Origin: Catajapyx aquilonaris
Lineage: Eukaryota
DNA: 35,128 bases
Assembly (NCBI GenBank): GCA_000934665.2
Contig: JYFJ02004068.1
Coordinates: forward strand, 1-35,128
Direction: 5' to 3'
The position numbers and the translations under genes are program-made. Positions 1 through 13,838 of the stretch are shown here, piece after piece. The notes below the pieces were generated by a model that saw only the letters and a list, made by a program, of their open reading frames with translations, did not search any database and had not been told where the DNA came from. Positions within the stretch are counted from its first letter, which is position 1. Every line of letters starts with the position of its first letter.

Positions 1-1000
1 GCTCCTTTAATGCAATATTCTACGTATTAATTCCGTAAGTACGGCATAAAATATTCAAATTCGCGCGTGTTCTTGCCGTGAAGTGCCATGGCCGCCGCCA
101 AAACCATCAGAGATGGCGGACCTTTACGGCCTGCCTGTACCCTATTTACACCTCGTTGGCCCCGTTTCAAAATGGCCGCAGCCTTGGCTCCAAACAGAGA
201 GACGCGCGAATCGAATGTTTGCGTCTCTTATGTAGTATATGCTCCCTGTCCTGGCTCTCCATTATTATAATCGCCTTCGACTTCCAAGCGTGCGAGATGA
301 CCCTTCTCCTTCGTGGCACCGCACCGGAGAGAGCTATACAGACGCGGTGAAAGGCGACCGCGACCGGGCAGCCGGGACGAGCGACCGGACGGAGGTGTTG
401 TGGCTTTGGAACATCGCCTTTTGGCTGTATTTTCACCCTGCTAACGTGGAAATTAGCAGCGGAGGTGATGTTTTCTCAGCACTATAGGCCAAGCCGAATT
501 TAAAAATCCAAAAATTTTCAAAATTCAGGAGGGTAAGAAGAGTCACTTTGGTTGTGAGGCAAAAGGTTAGTGGGCAATGTAGAAAAGGTACAATAATTTC
601 CTTCTAGGCCCAAGTGAAAGACAAAAGTGGCACAATGAACACTGACACAAAATAAACCGACAACAAAAGTCTCAGAATCTAATTCATGACATTTGAATGA
701 CATTAATATTTCATTTCGTAATCACTGTTCCAAAAGCGTGGTGTAAGAGCCCTTAGGCAGCTATGAAGGAGTAGTATTATGTTCAGAAACTTTTGTGGAT
801 GATTTCAGTGCAGTCGTATAGTGTTCAGTGTGATAATTTTTGTCATTCTGCTCCGCCTAGAGGTGGATTAGGATTGTCTTATATTGCCCACAAACTTTCT
901 ACAGTTGACCGGCCCCAATTCGAAATATTGTGGACTTTAATGATGGGAGTCGATATCTATATGGTACCCTAGAAGTGGGTTAAAATAATTACCTCAAATA

Positions 1001-1392
1001 CAGGGTGTATGTGAATTCATCTGCCAAAATGATACGAGTGGTAGCTGGTAGGTGTGTAGGAAAGAGGCATGTCATATGTCCGAAAGGCCGGCGACTATCC
1101 GTTTTGGAGATGCCGACCTTTGACATCAACGATGTCTATCCTGACAAGTATATGGATATCCCCATGCATGCTTGCATTGCTGGTTGCCGGGGCTATAGGG
1201 CTCGCACTCCCAGACTATTGCTCAACCCCCCTGGGCCGGCAACCAGAGATGGAGACATGTATCCATACTTTTCAGGATAGACATCGTCGGTCGACATTGT
1301 GTCGTCGACGGCCTTTCGGACCCATGCCATGCTTCTTCCATATGCACTCCCTACCACCTGTATAAATTTGGGATGAATTCCGATACACCCTG
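1001..1392. mobile_element. Tc1/mariner-type MITE
   Basis: Imperfect TIRs CAGGGTGTATgtGAATTCATC / GATGAATTCcgATACACCCTG, TA on both sides (999-1000, 1393-1394). No coding capacity. Confidence 0.8.
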
Positions 1393-2038
1393 TATAGGCA
1401 AACGCACGTCATATTCCAGTTTGAATTTATTCGGCCCGTGAAGTTTTCCCTTACCGTCACCAATCAAAGCCAACTAGCAACCTTGGGCAAGACTGTCCCT
1501 TTCGGAAAATACTATAAGCTGAGCTATAAGCCAAAGTGTAAGCCCTGATCACACATGTTATAAAGTAAGGCCAACCCATGCTACACTGTGAACACACAAT
1601 GCGACAAAGGAAAAGATAATCAGATTAATCACAGTGTGCAGAATTTGTGACGTTTTCAGGATCGACATGCACAAATCTAATGAGATGGTGGTCTACCGTG
1701 CGAAACTTCAATAAGTGTTACTGAACATTGAAAATTACTATTAACTTTCTTAGACTTTGAAAGTTTACCAGCAGTGATTAGGTATAGCCCAGCACAGCAA
1801 ATAATTATGTCCTTTTTTGCCCATTTCCAGTAGCTAACCAGTAGCTAAATGGTCCTCTAGATACCATGCTTACGCCCAGGTTCGGCATTGTTCGCGATCT
1901 CCCTGAAGGGAAATCAGATCTAGACAAATGTTCGAATCTTTGAAATATAACTTAATTTATTGTAGATATTCTCCTAAGAATGTACTGTACACTTATAGGC
2001 CCTAACCTTATAATAAATAACAAATACCACAGAATATA

Positions 2039-2965
2039 CTGCATAGGGGAGACCGGGGCACAGTGGTCCACTTTTGCACATTTGAATTTTTCTAAGAGTT
2101 CCTGTTATACCTACACACTCTATACTGTATTTCCCGGCAACCTTACACCCTGTGACGTCACTAATATATTCACAGGCAGTGCAATCCATTTGGCTTTAAA
2201 ATATTTTAGAAGCTGCCCTATGCAAATGGACCACAGTATCCAGATGCCTGGGGCACAGTGGTCCGGAAGTGATTGGGACCCATAATTCACACACGAAGTA
2301 TATTATATATTTTACCGTATACCGGTATCTAATCCCTCTAAATAAATATGAAATAATAAAAAGGGACTTCTGTTACTGCAACCTGCGGACACAAGTGAAA
2401 CAGCGTCTCTCTCCGGAAAGTAGACCTTGTCCTGCCACATCCTTTGGGGAATGAACTTTATTTCATACTAGTTTCTGTCAAAACCATTAGCATATAAACC
2501 TATACGATGCCATTAATTGCTGTACAGAGGCAAAAGGTCGTCCACAAAGAGGTGCACATTTGTACCACTGTGCCCCACAGGGCAGCAACTGACATGATGT
2601 TATGAAGCGCGGCTTTCATTGCAAATGCCGCTTTCCAAATTTTTAGCATTTATGCACAATGGATGACACTATTCGACAACAGTTTTACATCAGGGTCATG
2701 CCCAGCATCTATACGCCCGGCATGGAAATTAAACTGTGGGTTATGAACTGAGTTACTTCCCTACCCTTTAAATAGCTTTTCCCTGATACAGCAGGATTGC
2801 AGGCATCTCAGAGGTGGCTGCCATGTTGGCACGATGCACAATACTTAGTGACTTGTTTCACGAGGTACCAGATAAATATGTTATTCCAGTTTCTTATATT
2901 AATTTTAAAAATAGAAAGGACCACTGTGCCCCGTGGACCACTGTGTCCTGCTCTCCCCTATACGG
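2039..2965. mobile_element. TA-flanked MITE (Tc1/mariner-pogo-like) with internal subterminal repeats
   Basis: Left end CTGCATAGGGGAGACCGGGGCACAGTGGTCCAC is the reverse complement, with a few mismatches, of the right end GTGGACCACTGTGTCCTGCTCTCCCCTATACGG. TA on both flanks. The GGGGCACAGTGGT motif recurs internally near 2250, 2565 and 2920. Confidence 0.7.
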
Positions 2966-5900
2966 TATACAATACAACAATCACTATTAGACAGTAAGCC
3001 CAACAAAAAGTCCACAGACTTCCAAACCACCAGACTGCTCCAATATCCAGATGGAAAAATAGCAAACGAAACATTGGAATGCGACAATCAGATAAGGTGT
3101 GTGATCGGATGTCCTACACTCTATAGGGCGGTGAGTGTATCAAAGGCCCTCTACACGAATTTAACATCTAACTTGGAATTTGGTTACCTCAGAAATGTAT
3201 GGTTTCGTTAGGCCAGGCGATGTTGGTGTTTCTAGCAACAATAATTTTATACTAGCCCCAGCAGGTCACCTCCAATTTCACGGTTGTCAAAAATTCTCAT
3301 AAAAGGTAGATTATGCAACTTTTTAAAGACATACGATTTACAAAACGCTGTGGTCGTTAGCTACCGGTACATTACATGAAATACGAAAATTGTACAGTCA
3401 CAGCGACAGAACACAACGACCTCTTACTGGAAATCCGGTGAGGTTCATCTTATACATTTTGGTCGTGCGTAGGTGTAATCAATTGGCGATCTGGTCTTGT
3501 ACAGTAAGACGTGCTGCGCCTGGCGCGCTATTTCAGGGACTCTCTCTTGATTGCTCAATTGAATCTATTGGGAAGCATGGAAGCGATGAAGAAGCCCGCT
3601 TTGCGCGTGCCCATACAAGTCTGGCCGGTTGAGTGACCTCTGGAGAGACGCACCGCAATCTCTTACTTCCAGGGAGACCGAAGCTGGAGGGTTGATCTTA
3701 TCATTCAATCTGACCTAACTCACCCTGTTGAGAAGCGAGTGAGCGAAAGCTTCAGTCTCAGCACAGCGAAGCATTCGACAACTGAATTATGAACGTCTGG
3801 ATTTCTGACTGCTTATACCGCGATGGTGATGGAAGATGGTGCCGGCGGCATGCGGATGGCGCCTCTTTACTCGGCGGGAAAGCGAAAACTATTTTAACGA
3901 GAGGGGAGGGCTAGACAGGGGACGGGAAGGAGAGCGAGGAGTTAGTAATATAGCACTGATTTTTTTAAACAGCAGAAAATAGAAGAACCGAACGAAGGTG
4001 ACATACTTAACAAAAACATATTTGAAACTACAGTGCGGAAAACGTTGCTGGTTGTCAACAGAATTGTCATCACGTCCGGTCGAGTTATGCATTCGTTGAC
4101 AGTCGGCATTAAAATAGCTGCCTAGGCAAGGTTATGGCCTCCATATTTTATCATATTTCGATGGTATCAAAAGTCTCAAAACGTCTATTTACACAAGCAG
4201 GATCTGTCCAAACTTCACCAATATATTGGGAAAATAATCTGGCTGGATACTGTTGTTGACTAGCCCTAATGATGCAGGACGCTTCACAATTCTCGAAATA
4301 TTTGAATCACTTCAGGCATTTGCAACAATATTTCACTCCATAGTGCCAGAAAAATGCAGAATTTTGTTTATTTGCAGCTTTCGTATCTCCATATACGAGT
4401 ACAAGAGATTTTCGGGAAAAAAATGAAATCGAGGACAGGACAACGTTATAGTTTTAAAAACGCGGGAACTGCATCGATGTTCATGAATATGGGCGTCTTT
4501 TTGCCATAAGCACTTCATCCAACCCAGCTCAAAGAAAGAAAAAAGCCTTTCCCCAGAGGGTCGTGTTCCAAAATTACTCTGGTGTCAAAATAATGAAGTC
4601 ACATTTTCTTTCGCCTTAATAATTGACTCGAGTGAAATTATTTCAAGTGTATGCAATACCTGTCTCAAAAATTGCGGGATCTTTGGAGCACCCTGTACTA
4701 TGATATGCAGTTGTTCCCAACTTTCATGTAGCCTATACCACAGACACTACACGAAACAGTGTCATAGTGAAGGTAGTAATATTGTTTACTGCTTTCGTCC
4801 AGTGCAGTGCAGTGATGGTAGGTAAAGTTAGCTTTTCTAATGGGGGAGCCACTATGAGGTACTGTATTCCGAAATAGAGGTGGAGTCAGAAGTCCAGCGA
4901 ACTACACGAACTACGGGCACATGTGACTGTCAAGGCATCATCTATTAAGTGTAGTACGGTAGGCGGTCTCCGAGGCGACGCGACGTACAGTACCATATAA
5001 GGTGTCATTATACTTCAAGTGGGGCCTGGTCTGGTAATGTAACGAGGCTCAGGAGACCCAAAGATACCTGTATATGAAGTTTATACTTTAGTGATCAGGA
5101 GTTTTCATCCTAGAACTTTGTCTAAATATAGGCGTAATATTACTATGAAACGTCCTCTATATAGAGTTGTTCCTTTCAGCAAATTATTGCGCAGGAATAG
5201 CACGTCTGGACACAACACATGCTGTAAAATGTGGGTCATGGTGTCCTTTGCAACTGCTCTCTCTATATTGTTGGTAACAGTTAAAACAACCGTGAAAGTA
5301 AAGAGTTATAATACAGTATATAATCTTAACTATATTCATCATTATTCCTATGAGATGAAATAATATTTACGTAGACTTTTTTGAATACTAAATGTTAATA
5401 CAGTATTATGTAATCATACCAGAGAAAATGGGGCAAACCTATACAGTAGTTTAAAATGTAGGTAAGTTGTTAAGCGATTTGTATTATTTTGTAGATCAGT
5501 ATTATTATACCAGTATACGGTATAGTTGTATTCATCGTTATTAGTAGGCCCTACTATTTTTAACAAGAGCTAGTCGTTTCCCAATTGGAATTCTTCAATG
5601 GTCTTATATTATTTTGGCATATTATACTCTGTGCATCAGAAGTGAGCTCACATCCGTATCGGTTTATGGACTCTCCTGCATCAAGGTGGTACTCCTGTAC
5701 CTAAGAGAGTACCCGCCAAGTACAAATGTGTAGAAGCAACGAAGGTGTTCTTTTCCCGTTGACTTGACTTCGGCCTGAACGAGACAGGTGCCTCGTGGAG
5801 AAATTATATTGAGAAAAAAATTCAAATTGAAAATCGTAGTTTATAAACTGGTTATTATCATTTACTTGATAAAATTGGGAAATCTTTCTTATGACTTCAT

Positions 5901-8180
5901 CATCATCATAGGACAACGGTCTATGATACTGTAATCTAATTCGCATAACGCCACGTTGTAACATAAAGCAGTAAGTGAAACATTAGAACAGTTCGTACTC
6001 GTCAGTAAAACACTAAATAACATGACAAATCAAGTGAACATCGACATGACCTTACAATATATTCACATCACTGCACTACGTCAACAGAAAAAGGCTTACC
6101 GTATTTTGCCTACGGGAAGAGATGATGTAATATTTGGGTTGGCCATTGATATGTGATGACAAAGAGGGAGGTACATTTCGAATCAATTAACGCGATGACG
6201 CAATGCAGAGGTATGTACCACTCCTTAGATCTGAATCTAAATTAGTACAAAAATATCTACAGGCATACACTCTGATTTATAACATTTGGCTTTATGTGCA
6301 GTTGGAATAAATATGCGTTATCGTATCTCGATGTCATTTTAAGCCCAATTACGATAGATCAAACGCCAGGAAGATGTCAAAACCTACGATTTGTTGATTT
6401 TGAGAGCCTATATTACACCTGAAGGCCATGCACGAGTTAAGTCTACGTACTTGCAGGCATTTAGTACTGTATTAAACCACATTTAGGGCCGGTTGTATAA
6501 ACAAAGAATTAATAAGAAAATCTTGCATTTTGTCGGGTTGTGAATTGCGAATCTTTGTGCATTTCCCGAAGCTTTCATACAGTATCTCCCTTCATTGCAC
6601 CTAAATTTTGAAGCTAATACCTAATTCATGAATATTTACGCTACCGGTACTTAAGATGAAATGTAGACTATACTGTCCACCGCCTCCACACTGTCTCTTA
6701 CATCAATGGCTTCTTCCACAGTCCATTATACAGTACTCAAATCTTCAAGGCAGTGTCTCGTACCATTTGACAAGTCCCATTACCGTCCACATGCTAACCA
6801 CAAGCCCAAAGGCGACCTGCTTGCCCATTTCATTCAAACGAACGGCGCCAAGCATCAACAGAGTGCCTCACCCCTCAAACGACACCATCGACACTGATTG
6901 ACACCCAGAGGCAGTTAGTACCCAACCCCAATTAGCACATTGTTGCTCCTCGGCAGAGGGACATGTGGCAAAAATCCTCCACAATAATGCCCTAGGTCAC
7001 AGCCCTTTACAAGAGGCCACGATCCGCATTAACCTTGGCAATGGTCAGCACCTACATTTCCAGTCTGCTCACTTTATCCTGGGTGGTCTGGTCTGGTGTA
7101 CTAAGGTGAGAAGACTGCAAAAGAGGCAGCCAAACAAATGCTCCCTAATTCGTGTGACTGGCTGGGCGCCGCTGTTCCGGGCGCCCAACCGTCGCACCCG
7201 TAGCCGTAAAAACTTACTTCACAATGGACCACTTCAACCATTTCTTCTCCCACCATCTTTCCTTCTTCGTTTTTTCTTTACAGCTTCCTTTTTTTTCCCA
7301 ATTCAGGTTGTGCGGTATGGGCCTTCGGGGATTTTCTTTGACAGTCCTAGACTCTGCAGATGGGATCAAACTGGTTGTTTATGCAGCGGGGGTTCTGGCT
7401 TTGTGCATCAAGTGGTGGATGCCCGTGGCCATTGAGGTTCCCGAGCCCGGATATTTCTGAGCGTTGAGAGAACCAATGCGGTTATCTGACTTGTCAACCG
7501 ATGATGGGTAAGGTGCCGGGTGCCTAAAGAGACAGTGGCCCTGCAGAGCCTGGGACCACTGTTTTGTTGGCGCCTAGCTTTGCGGTCAAGGGAGTAGGTG
7601 AGACACGCGACCGTGATAAAGCGGCGATTCTGGTAAAAAACAAAACAAAAAAACACAAAAAAAACTGAAAGTGACGAATGGAGTATTTCCTAGAAATCTC
7701 ACCTTTATTGTGCAGGTCTCCAGCTGACTGAAATCTGCACTGACATAATTTTATTTAGTATCCTTACGAAAGAATTCGTGCTAATTTCACTGCTAATGTA
7801 GGCTACATACTATGTGGGTATCATTGTAGTCAGCTAGTAAGCGTAGCCTACATGATGCGTAGCCTACATGATGTATGAAAATTAACTTGTCTGATTTTTA
7901 TAATCTGCCCGAGTTAAATCATCCTAAATTCTGCAAAAAAATTCACTTTATATAAGTTAATTTTTTACTATATCCCCATCAAGCCCTCATGAACAAACAC
8001 ATGTTGATTTGACACGCCAGACACCAAATCAAGTGACAGTCAGCATGAACTGTACCATGTATGCTACCATTGCAATATCTGTAGTGCAGAGGTTCCTCTC
8101 TTCCTACATGCTCCCAGCTGATTATTATCGAGAGACACAAATAAATAAATAAATAAAATGATTTTTAATGTTTAAAATTG

Positions 8181-8506
8181 ATTTTACCTCGTGATAGGCC
8201 TACATAGGCCTTTTTGGGGGGTGGTACACCACCATCAATTTTCCTGTACTTTTTTCTTCAATCTCCGGTACAAGGAAACAGGACAATGGGAGAGGATAGG
8301 GATTTTTGGGGAGGGGACACGGGTGCAATGTCTCAAGGTGGGGCCATATGCAATCCCCCAGGAGGTTAGGTTGCCAGACACCTCCAAAGGTGCAGGTCAG
8401 AGACCCTCCCGACGCAGGTGAAAGGGCACTCCCAGGCGGGGATCGAACCTGGGACCTTTCATTCAGCAAGCCGAGAAGTTACCATCTCGGCCACCACACC
8501 TTCCCC
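8181..8506 (-). mobile_element. tRNA-derived SINE
   Basis: Minus-strand head GGGGAAGGTGTGGTGGCCGAGATGGTAA...GGTTCGATCCCCG gives a Pol III A box and B box. The 3' end GGCCTATCACGAGGTAAAAT is shared with other retroposon ends in the window. Confidence 0.75.
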
Positions 8507-9321
8507 GAAATAAAATAAAATACGATTAACATAACGCAGTTGCCATATCAGAAGATTGGTTCAAAAACTAGAATTAAACGAAACACAACACGATCGTATT
8601 TTTAAAACAACAAGCATAGACTCCTGGCATGAGGCGGAAAACATGGGTCTACATCTGAGAGCGGTGTCGAGCTCGAATAAGCGTAGCATAACCTCAAAAA
8701 CTCGTTTGATCGGTTTGGCGGCGCTCCCTGAGCCATTTGCCAAGGCATGATGATCACAAAAAAAGAAACAAGAAGTCTGCATTCCAAGGCGACCACCCTC
8801 CTTCCCTTTTCCCCATTCATTCATTCCCTGTCCCTCCATTCAATAAGTGACTCACCCCTTGCCCAGCCCCAAGCCATTTCGGCCATGCCCACCAGAGTGA
8901 CCAGCATGCTGACCCATCGCCTTCTCCACAACAACAACAACAACAACAACATCAACAACTTGGTCGAAGGAAACTAGGATGTGTGTGGATGGGAGNGGGG
9001 AGGGAACTCCATTCACGCTGCTTGCTCATTATTTGTCTCGGGGGCAGACAACTAGACACCTACTATAGTATGACTCACTAGGAAACCTTTCCGGCTAGTT
9101 ATTCAGGTATTACTTGCTCCGAAGCAAAAAAAATAAATAAAAATCCCCGCCTCATTATTGGCGAGTGCTGTCCACTACATAGTACACTCCTAACAACACA
9201 GACATTACTAGCTGACTACAATGGTTTTAGAGGATGACAACGTCGTATTATTGCGCCCGAGAACTGTTGACATTTCACTTGCGATCAGCGTGTGTAATTA
9301 GGACGCTCTTAGCAGCTGGGT

Positions 9322-9378
<57 letters not shown>
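9322..9378 (+). repeat. (TAC)19 microsatellite, possibly a retroposon tail
   Basis: Perfect trinucleotide run read directly. Confidence 0.95.
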
Positions 9379-9948
9379 AGCAATGATTCATCTTGTCAAA
9401 ACATATATACTCATCCTACATAATTATGAGTAGGCTTATACTGTATTGGACCCAAAAAAAAAAATACGATGAATTTGAACTAATGCAAAATGCAAAATCA
9501 TCTCAATCCAAGTCTCAATCTCTGTGTGAAAAGTACAATACAATATCCTCTGCCAGATCTGAGAATAGACGTGTATCAAAATGCTACTGGTGTTCGTGCT
9601 GCCTCCAGTGTGCTCATACTGTCTGGTTTTGTGTGCGTTCCAGGTAAATTCAAAAATCATGTAGTAAAATACTATATTAGCAATATTGATATCCGTATTT
9701 TATTTTTCTTTAAAGTATACGTAGGTTGTACTTGTAAATGCAGTGGTCTCCCGTTATTCTACTCCCGCATATGTATAAGTGAAGTACCGAGTTCCATTCT
9801 CACATCGAAAGAGTTTCGATGCGTTCTCTCCAGAGTTCCATGAATTTTCTCGAGGTATTCTTCCACTCTCAAAAACCAACTCAGTGATGAATAAAGTCGG
9901 GAATTTAAAAAATAGCTACTAAGAGGGCAAAGGCTTATCACAGGGTAA

Positions 9949-9949
<1 letters not shown>

Positions 9950-10015
<66 letters not shown>
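9950..10015 (+). repeat. (ATT)22 microsatellite, tail of a retroposon 3' end
   Basis: Perfect run immediately after GGCTTATCACAGGGTAA, the shared retroposon 3' motif. Confidence 0.9.
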
Positions 10016-10017
<2 letters not shown>

Positions 10018-10269
10018 ATTAGTGTACACTTTGCTATAAGCCTAGTTTCCGTGGCCCTGAGTAGGCAAGGTTAAAAAAAGTTGAACCACATGGCCAACTG
10101 TGACTACATCGGAGGAACAAGGAAAAAAAATTAATTGGTATGAATGAATGAGGCAAATGTCGGCATGCAAAAGTGGGTGTGGAATAAGCCCAGGTGTGAA
10201 CCTACGAGGATTACGTAATCGCGACTAGGATTCATGTATCCTCAGGCGTAGGGCAGTTTACAGAAGGCG

Positions 10270-10560
10270 CAATTTGGACGTGCTGAAATACCGGCTCCTA
10301 CAGGAAGAGAGTCCGGAGACGAACAAACACGTATATGCTGCAAGTTCAAGGCTGAGAAATGCACGTTTCTTCTCTGCTATCGGACACCGTCCAATGATGC
10401 AGAACCCCTGCTTCCGGAGCCATTCACATTTAAGTGACCAAGGCGCCTTTGCACCCATTCAGCTGGGAGATACTGGAGTAATGGATCCCTGCCATTCCGC
10501 CCATTACAGCAGACTCTGTAATATAGCAAACGCATTATCATACTAGCAATATGCTCAAAT
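10270..10560 (+). pseudogene. Heavily decayed LINE AP-endonuclease-like remnant
   Basis: Across frameshifts: CKFKAEKCTFLLCYRTPSNDAEPLL resembles the YRPP motif and APIQLGDTGV resembles the IILGDFN motif, in the expected order. Pattern match by eye only. Confidence 0.35.
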
Positions 10561-12954
10561 AAGTTACTTATAGTGTAAGGAGGTGTTTTATGAGGAAACA
10601 TAGTATGCTTTAGTAGTGTGTTATGCCACCGAAACGCAAGCAGTAGAACAAAACTATTGGAACGCCCTATACTCATTGAAGTCGTATAGACATATCGCAA
10701 AATTATAGATTAATAGTTCATATCTGTATAGTGTATACACTATAATGATCATTGCATAATGGATAATAAAGACATTAGTAAGCCATCATATTTTACACTT
10801 TTATCCTCTCCTGTTAGTAAGGTATATTCTGGGGGGAAAAGCCGCCGTTCTAAGAGTGGTTTGTTATCAGGTCGAATCTTTACTTAGGCGTAGTGCTAAT
10901 AATTCATGACAAGTACCGTTGTTCATGTGCAGCTCAAATTGCCGTGGTGGTGAAGGCCTCTACAAAAAAATATTGGCAATAAAATGATCAGGGTTCTCCA
11001 GCAGCTCTTGTCTCACATTTTCCTACTACTATTATTTTGATGCGAGTGTTTCTCAAAATTATCCTTACACTGCCAGTCCGGAAGTACGTATTACAGTATT
11101 TCACGAGTACGACGACAACGACAACAACATACTAAAATGATAATAATGATGGATAATTATGTATACTCACCATGTTTCACAGCTTAGGAAGTGAAGTTTT
11201 CATTAGCCTATATGGTGTATTGAACTAGTGAGATATACCGGTACATACTCTGGTACCGCAACTAACATAATTAATTTTTTTTCTAGACAACTTTCCAAAC
11301 GCTCATAATTCACATGTCAGTATATACGATACTAGGCTGGCTACACCGGTAACACAATTTACAAGATTATGCAGTATCAAATTCAACTTGGGGGCAGACA
11401 TACTGTTGTGAAAATGTCAGAAAGAACATGTTCATACCTCCGGGCAGTATTTCGCAATTGGTATTCAGCGACGTAAGTCATTTTTGCAAGAAATATAACC
11501 TAATTACGTCTTAATTGAAGCACTGAAGTCACTCATTAGAACCGAGTGCAATAACTCAACCTTTCCAATGCAGAAATGAACTCGTTCGCCGCACGGTTTG
11601 CAGTGATTTGTAGTCACTGCTCCGACCCCCAATAATCTGATCATAAAGTAGAGTAGTTCAGTTAGGAATCCGAGCGCGCTAAGCGCTCGAATATTGGGGC
11701 CATGTACATCACGACCTATGAGATCAGCAGGAGAGAGAGAGAGAAAAAAAAATGAGCAGAAAAAAAACAATGAAGCACAGAATAGCGGTGACATAAGTGG
11801 GGGTGGTCTTAGGGGTCATTCGATCAGCAGTATCCAGTTCAGGAAGTGTGGCCAGAAGAAGCTGGTCCCAAGGATTGCCGGCCAATCTGGCCACCTGGAT
11901 CGCTCCGAGACAAGATGGCCTCGCCTATTTTCCTCCTCCGCCTAGCTGACTGCCTGACTGCCTGCCTGCCCTACCTGCCTTCCTGCCCATTTTGCTCGAA
12001 CCTTATGATCCCCCACATGTGTGGCCTGCAGGTTTGACCACAGGTTTGCCTCATTCATCATGTTTCTCCAGGGATAATTATGACCACCCTGATCCCCACG
12101 TGTGCTCGGGGTCGTAAATAATTCTAGTCCCAATCAGCTGCTAGTCTTCTGAGTCACGTGCTCAGTGCCATTGCGTCTATTCTGGCGTTTAGGATGAATC
12201 ACTTGGGTTTGGACTGTTGTCGCGCTTTAGAAGTGATTCACTAACGGATAAGTAAATGGTGACACGGTTCATTTTACGCTACACCTGCATGCTTTATAGC
12301 TTGATATGTTGCCTCTTTGCTCCTGGGTGGTCAGAATGTTATAGTGGCATTCATTTATAGAATAATAATTGTCTGAAACTCTCTGAATGTTGATAGCCCT
12401 CTTGAGAAGGTCGATGTTGAGTCAATGTTGTGCACGGAGTATCTGTACCACATTAAAAGCGAGCCAGCTAAGTCGACAGTACGCGGATATGGTGACGAAT
12501 AAGGCAAGGAATAAATACGCCAAAAAAACCTGGACAAGTCTCATCTAATACCAATGGACCAATTGCAGTGGTAACTGAAGGCGATTTCCTTTAACAGTGC
12601 TGTGAAGTGCAGGTGAATGGGACGTTTGTTCCAGCAAGTGGGACAGGTATCTCACTGTCAGTGTCTTGGAGAATATACTAGAGTAAAATATTAATTATGC
12701 AGTTCGTTATTATTGCCTCTCTTTCCTTTTTACCTTCTTTTTCTCTCTTTGCCTCCATCTTCTATCGTCTATCCCATATCACTGTGTATATCACCAGTCC
12801 CTATGAAAATTGAACACTGAGAGTTCTCAGTGGGGTTCCCTCTCGAAATATTCTCCGAAACTCCCGCCACTCGGGGGGGGGACTGCTGTGACCGAGGAAA
12901 ACATATCTGCTGTGGGGATCATGGTAAAATGGGAGATAGGGGGTTGACAGTTAG

Positions 12955-13099
12955 GTACTATCGGGTTCAAATACATTTGGCCACTTTATCCTGGTCTTGA
13001 AGCAACCCTTCGCACAGACCCCCACGAAGGAGGTGTGAGTGAAGGGTTTCTTCAAGACCAGTATAAAGTGGCCAAAAGTATTTGAACCCGCGATAATAC
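12955..13099. repeat. ~145-bp near-perfect palindrome (hairpin-type non-autonomous element)
   Basis: CGGGTTCAAATACATTTGGCCACTTTATCCTGGTCTTGAAG...CTTCAAGACCAGTATAAAGTGGCCAAAAGTATTTGAACCCG: the arms are reverse complements around a short central loop. Confidence 0.85.
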
Positions 13100-13526
13100 A
13101 TTGTAGCAGAGGTCTTGGCCATCAGTTTGGCTGCGGTGGATACCATTCTTCAGCCACACATTCCCCTCAGTGAGGTCTCCGCTCGTTGGGTACAGTACCG
13201 CTCAGCCTCACAGTTCGACACTCAATAAGCTGAGCTGTACCAGGCCATCTTGATTTTTTTTTTCCGCGACAAGGATGACTTTTTCGCACGGTTAGTGTTA
13301 CCAAACGAAACTTTCAGCACGTTCCTATTCCCCAATATGAAAAACAACTTTATGGAAGGGTCGATGGATGCGTCTCATAAGTGATTGCTGCTGTGGAGGA
13401 GGTGTTGGACTGTTGGGTGGGGTTCCAGAAACCATTTTTTGAAGGACCTGATAGAAAAATAGAAAAAACGCTGGAAAAAGCGTATCAACATGCAAGAATA
13501 TTACGTTGAAAAATAAAATATCCCTG

Positions 13527-13838
13527 TGTGACCGAGCGGTTTGGTTCAATGGTGGTGAGATAGAAATATAGGGCAACTGAGATCGTATTCAAGTCCTCTT
13601 TAATGCGGAAAACAAAATAGTAAGTGAAATGGAAGTAAAGGATAGTGTGGGGTAGGTAGGGAGTGACCTCCTCCTACGGATATGCTCCGATAGGAATCAG
13701 CCTCAATTCGGAGACAGAGTGAACTTATATACATATCATAACCCTGAGTATGATGGGAAAGAGACATGTTAGTTGATAACAGCACTCAAGGGAAGAGAAG
13801 TCCATCTAGCGATGAAAGTTGAAAGTTCACCGGTCACA
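13527..13838 (-). repeat. 3' LTR
   Basis: TG...CA ends with an 8-bp terminal inverted repeat. Minus-strand TATATAA at 13725-13731 and ATTAAA at 13599-13604. Confidence 0.95.

Noticed and set aside
78..487. GC-rich overlapping ORFs and AAAATGGCCG (YY1-like) motifs suggesting a first exon or promoter
   Set aside because: No recognisable protein or linked splice structure, and the motif is common in TE interiors (also seen near 22355).
4680..4698. Orphan ...CACCCTGTA mariner-type ends (also near 16893)
   Set aside because: No matching left TIR could be identified, so boundaries are unsupported.
8747..8977. Poly-Asn ORF
   Set aside because: Explained by an (AAC)n microsatellite; no other coding support.
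13600..13785. Identical 61-aa ORFs at 13600-13785 and 15795-15980
   Set aside because: By-product of the identical LTRs; no coding features.
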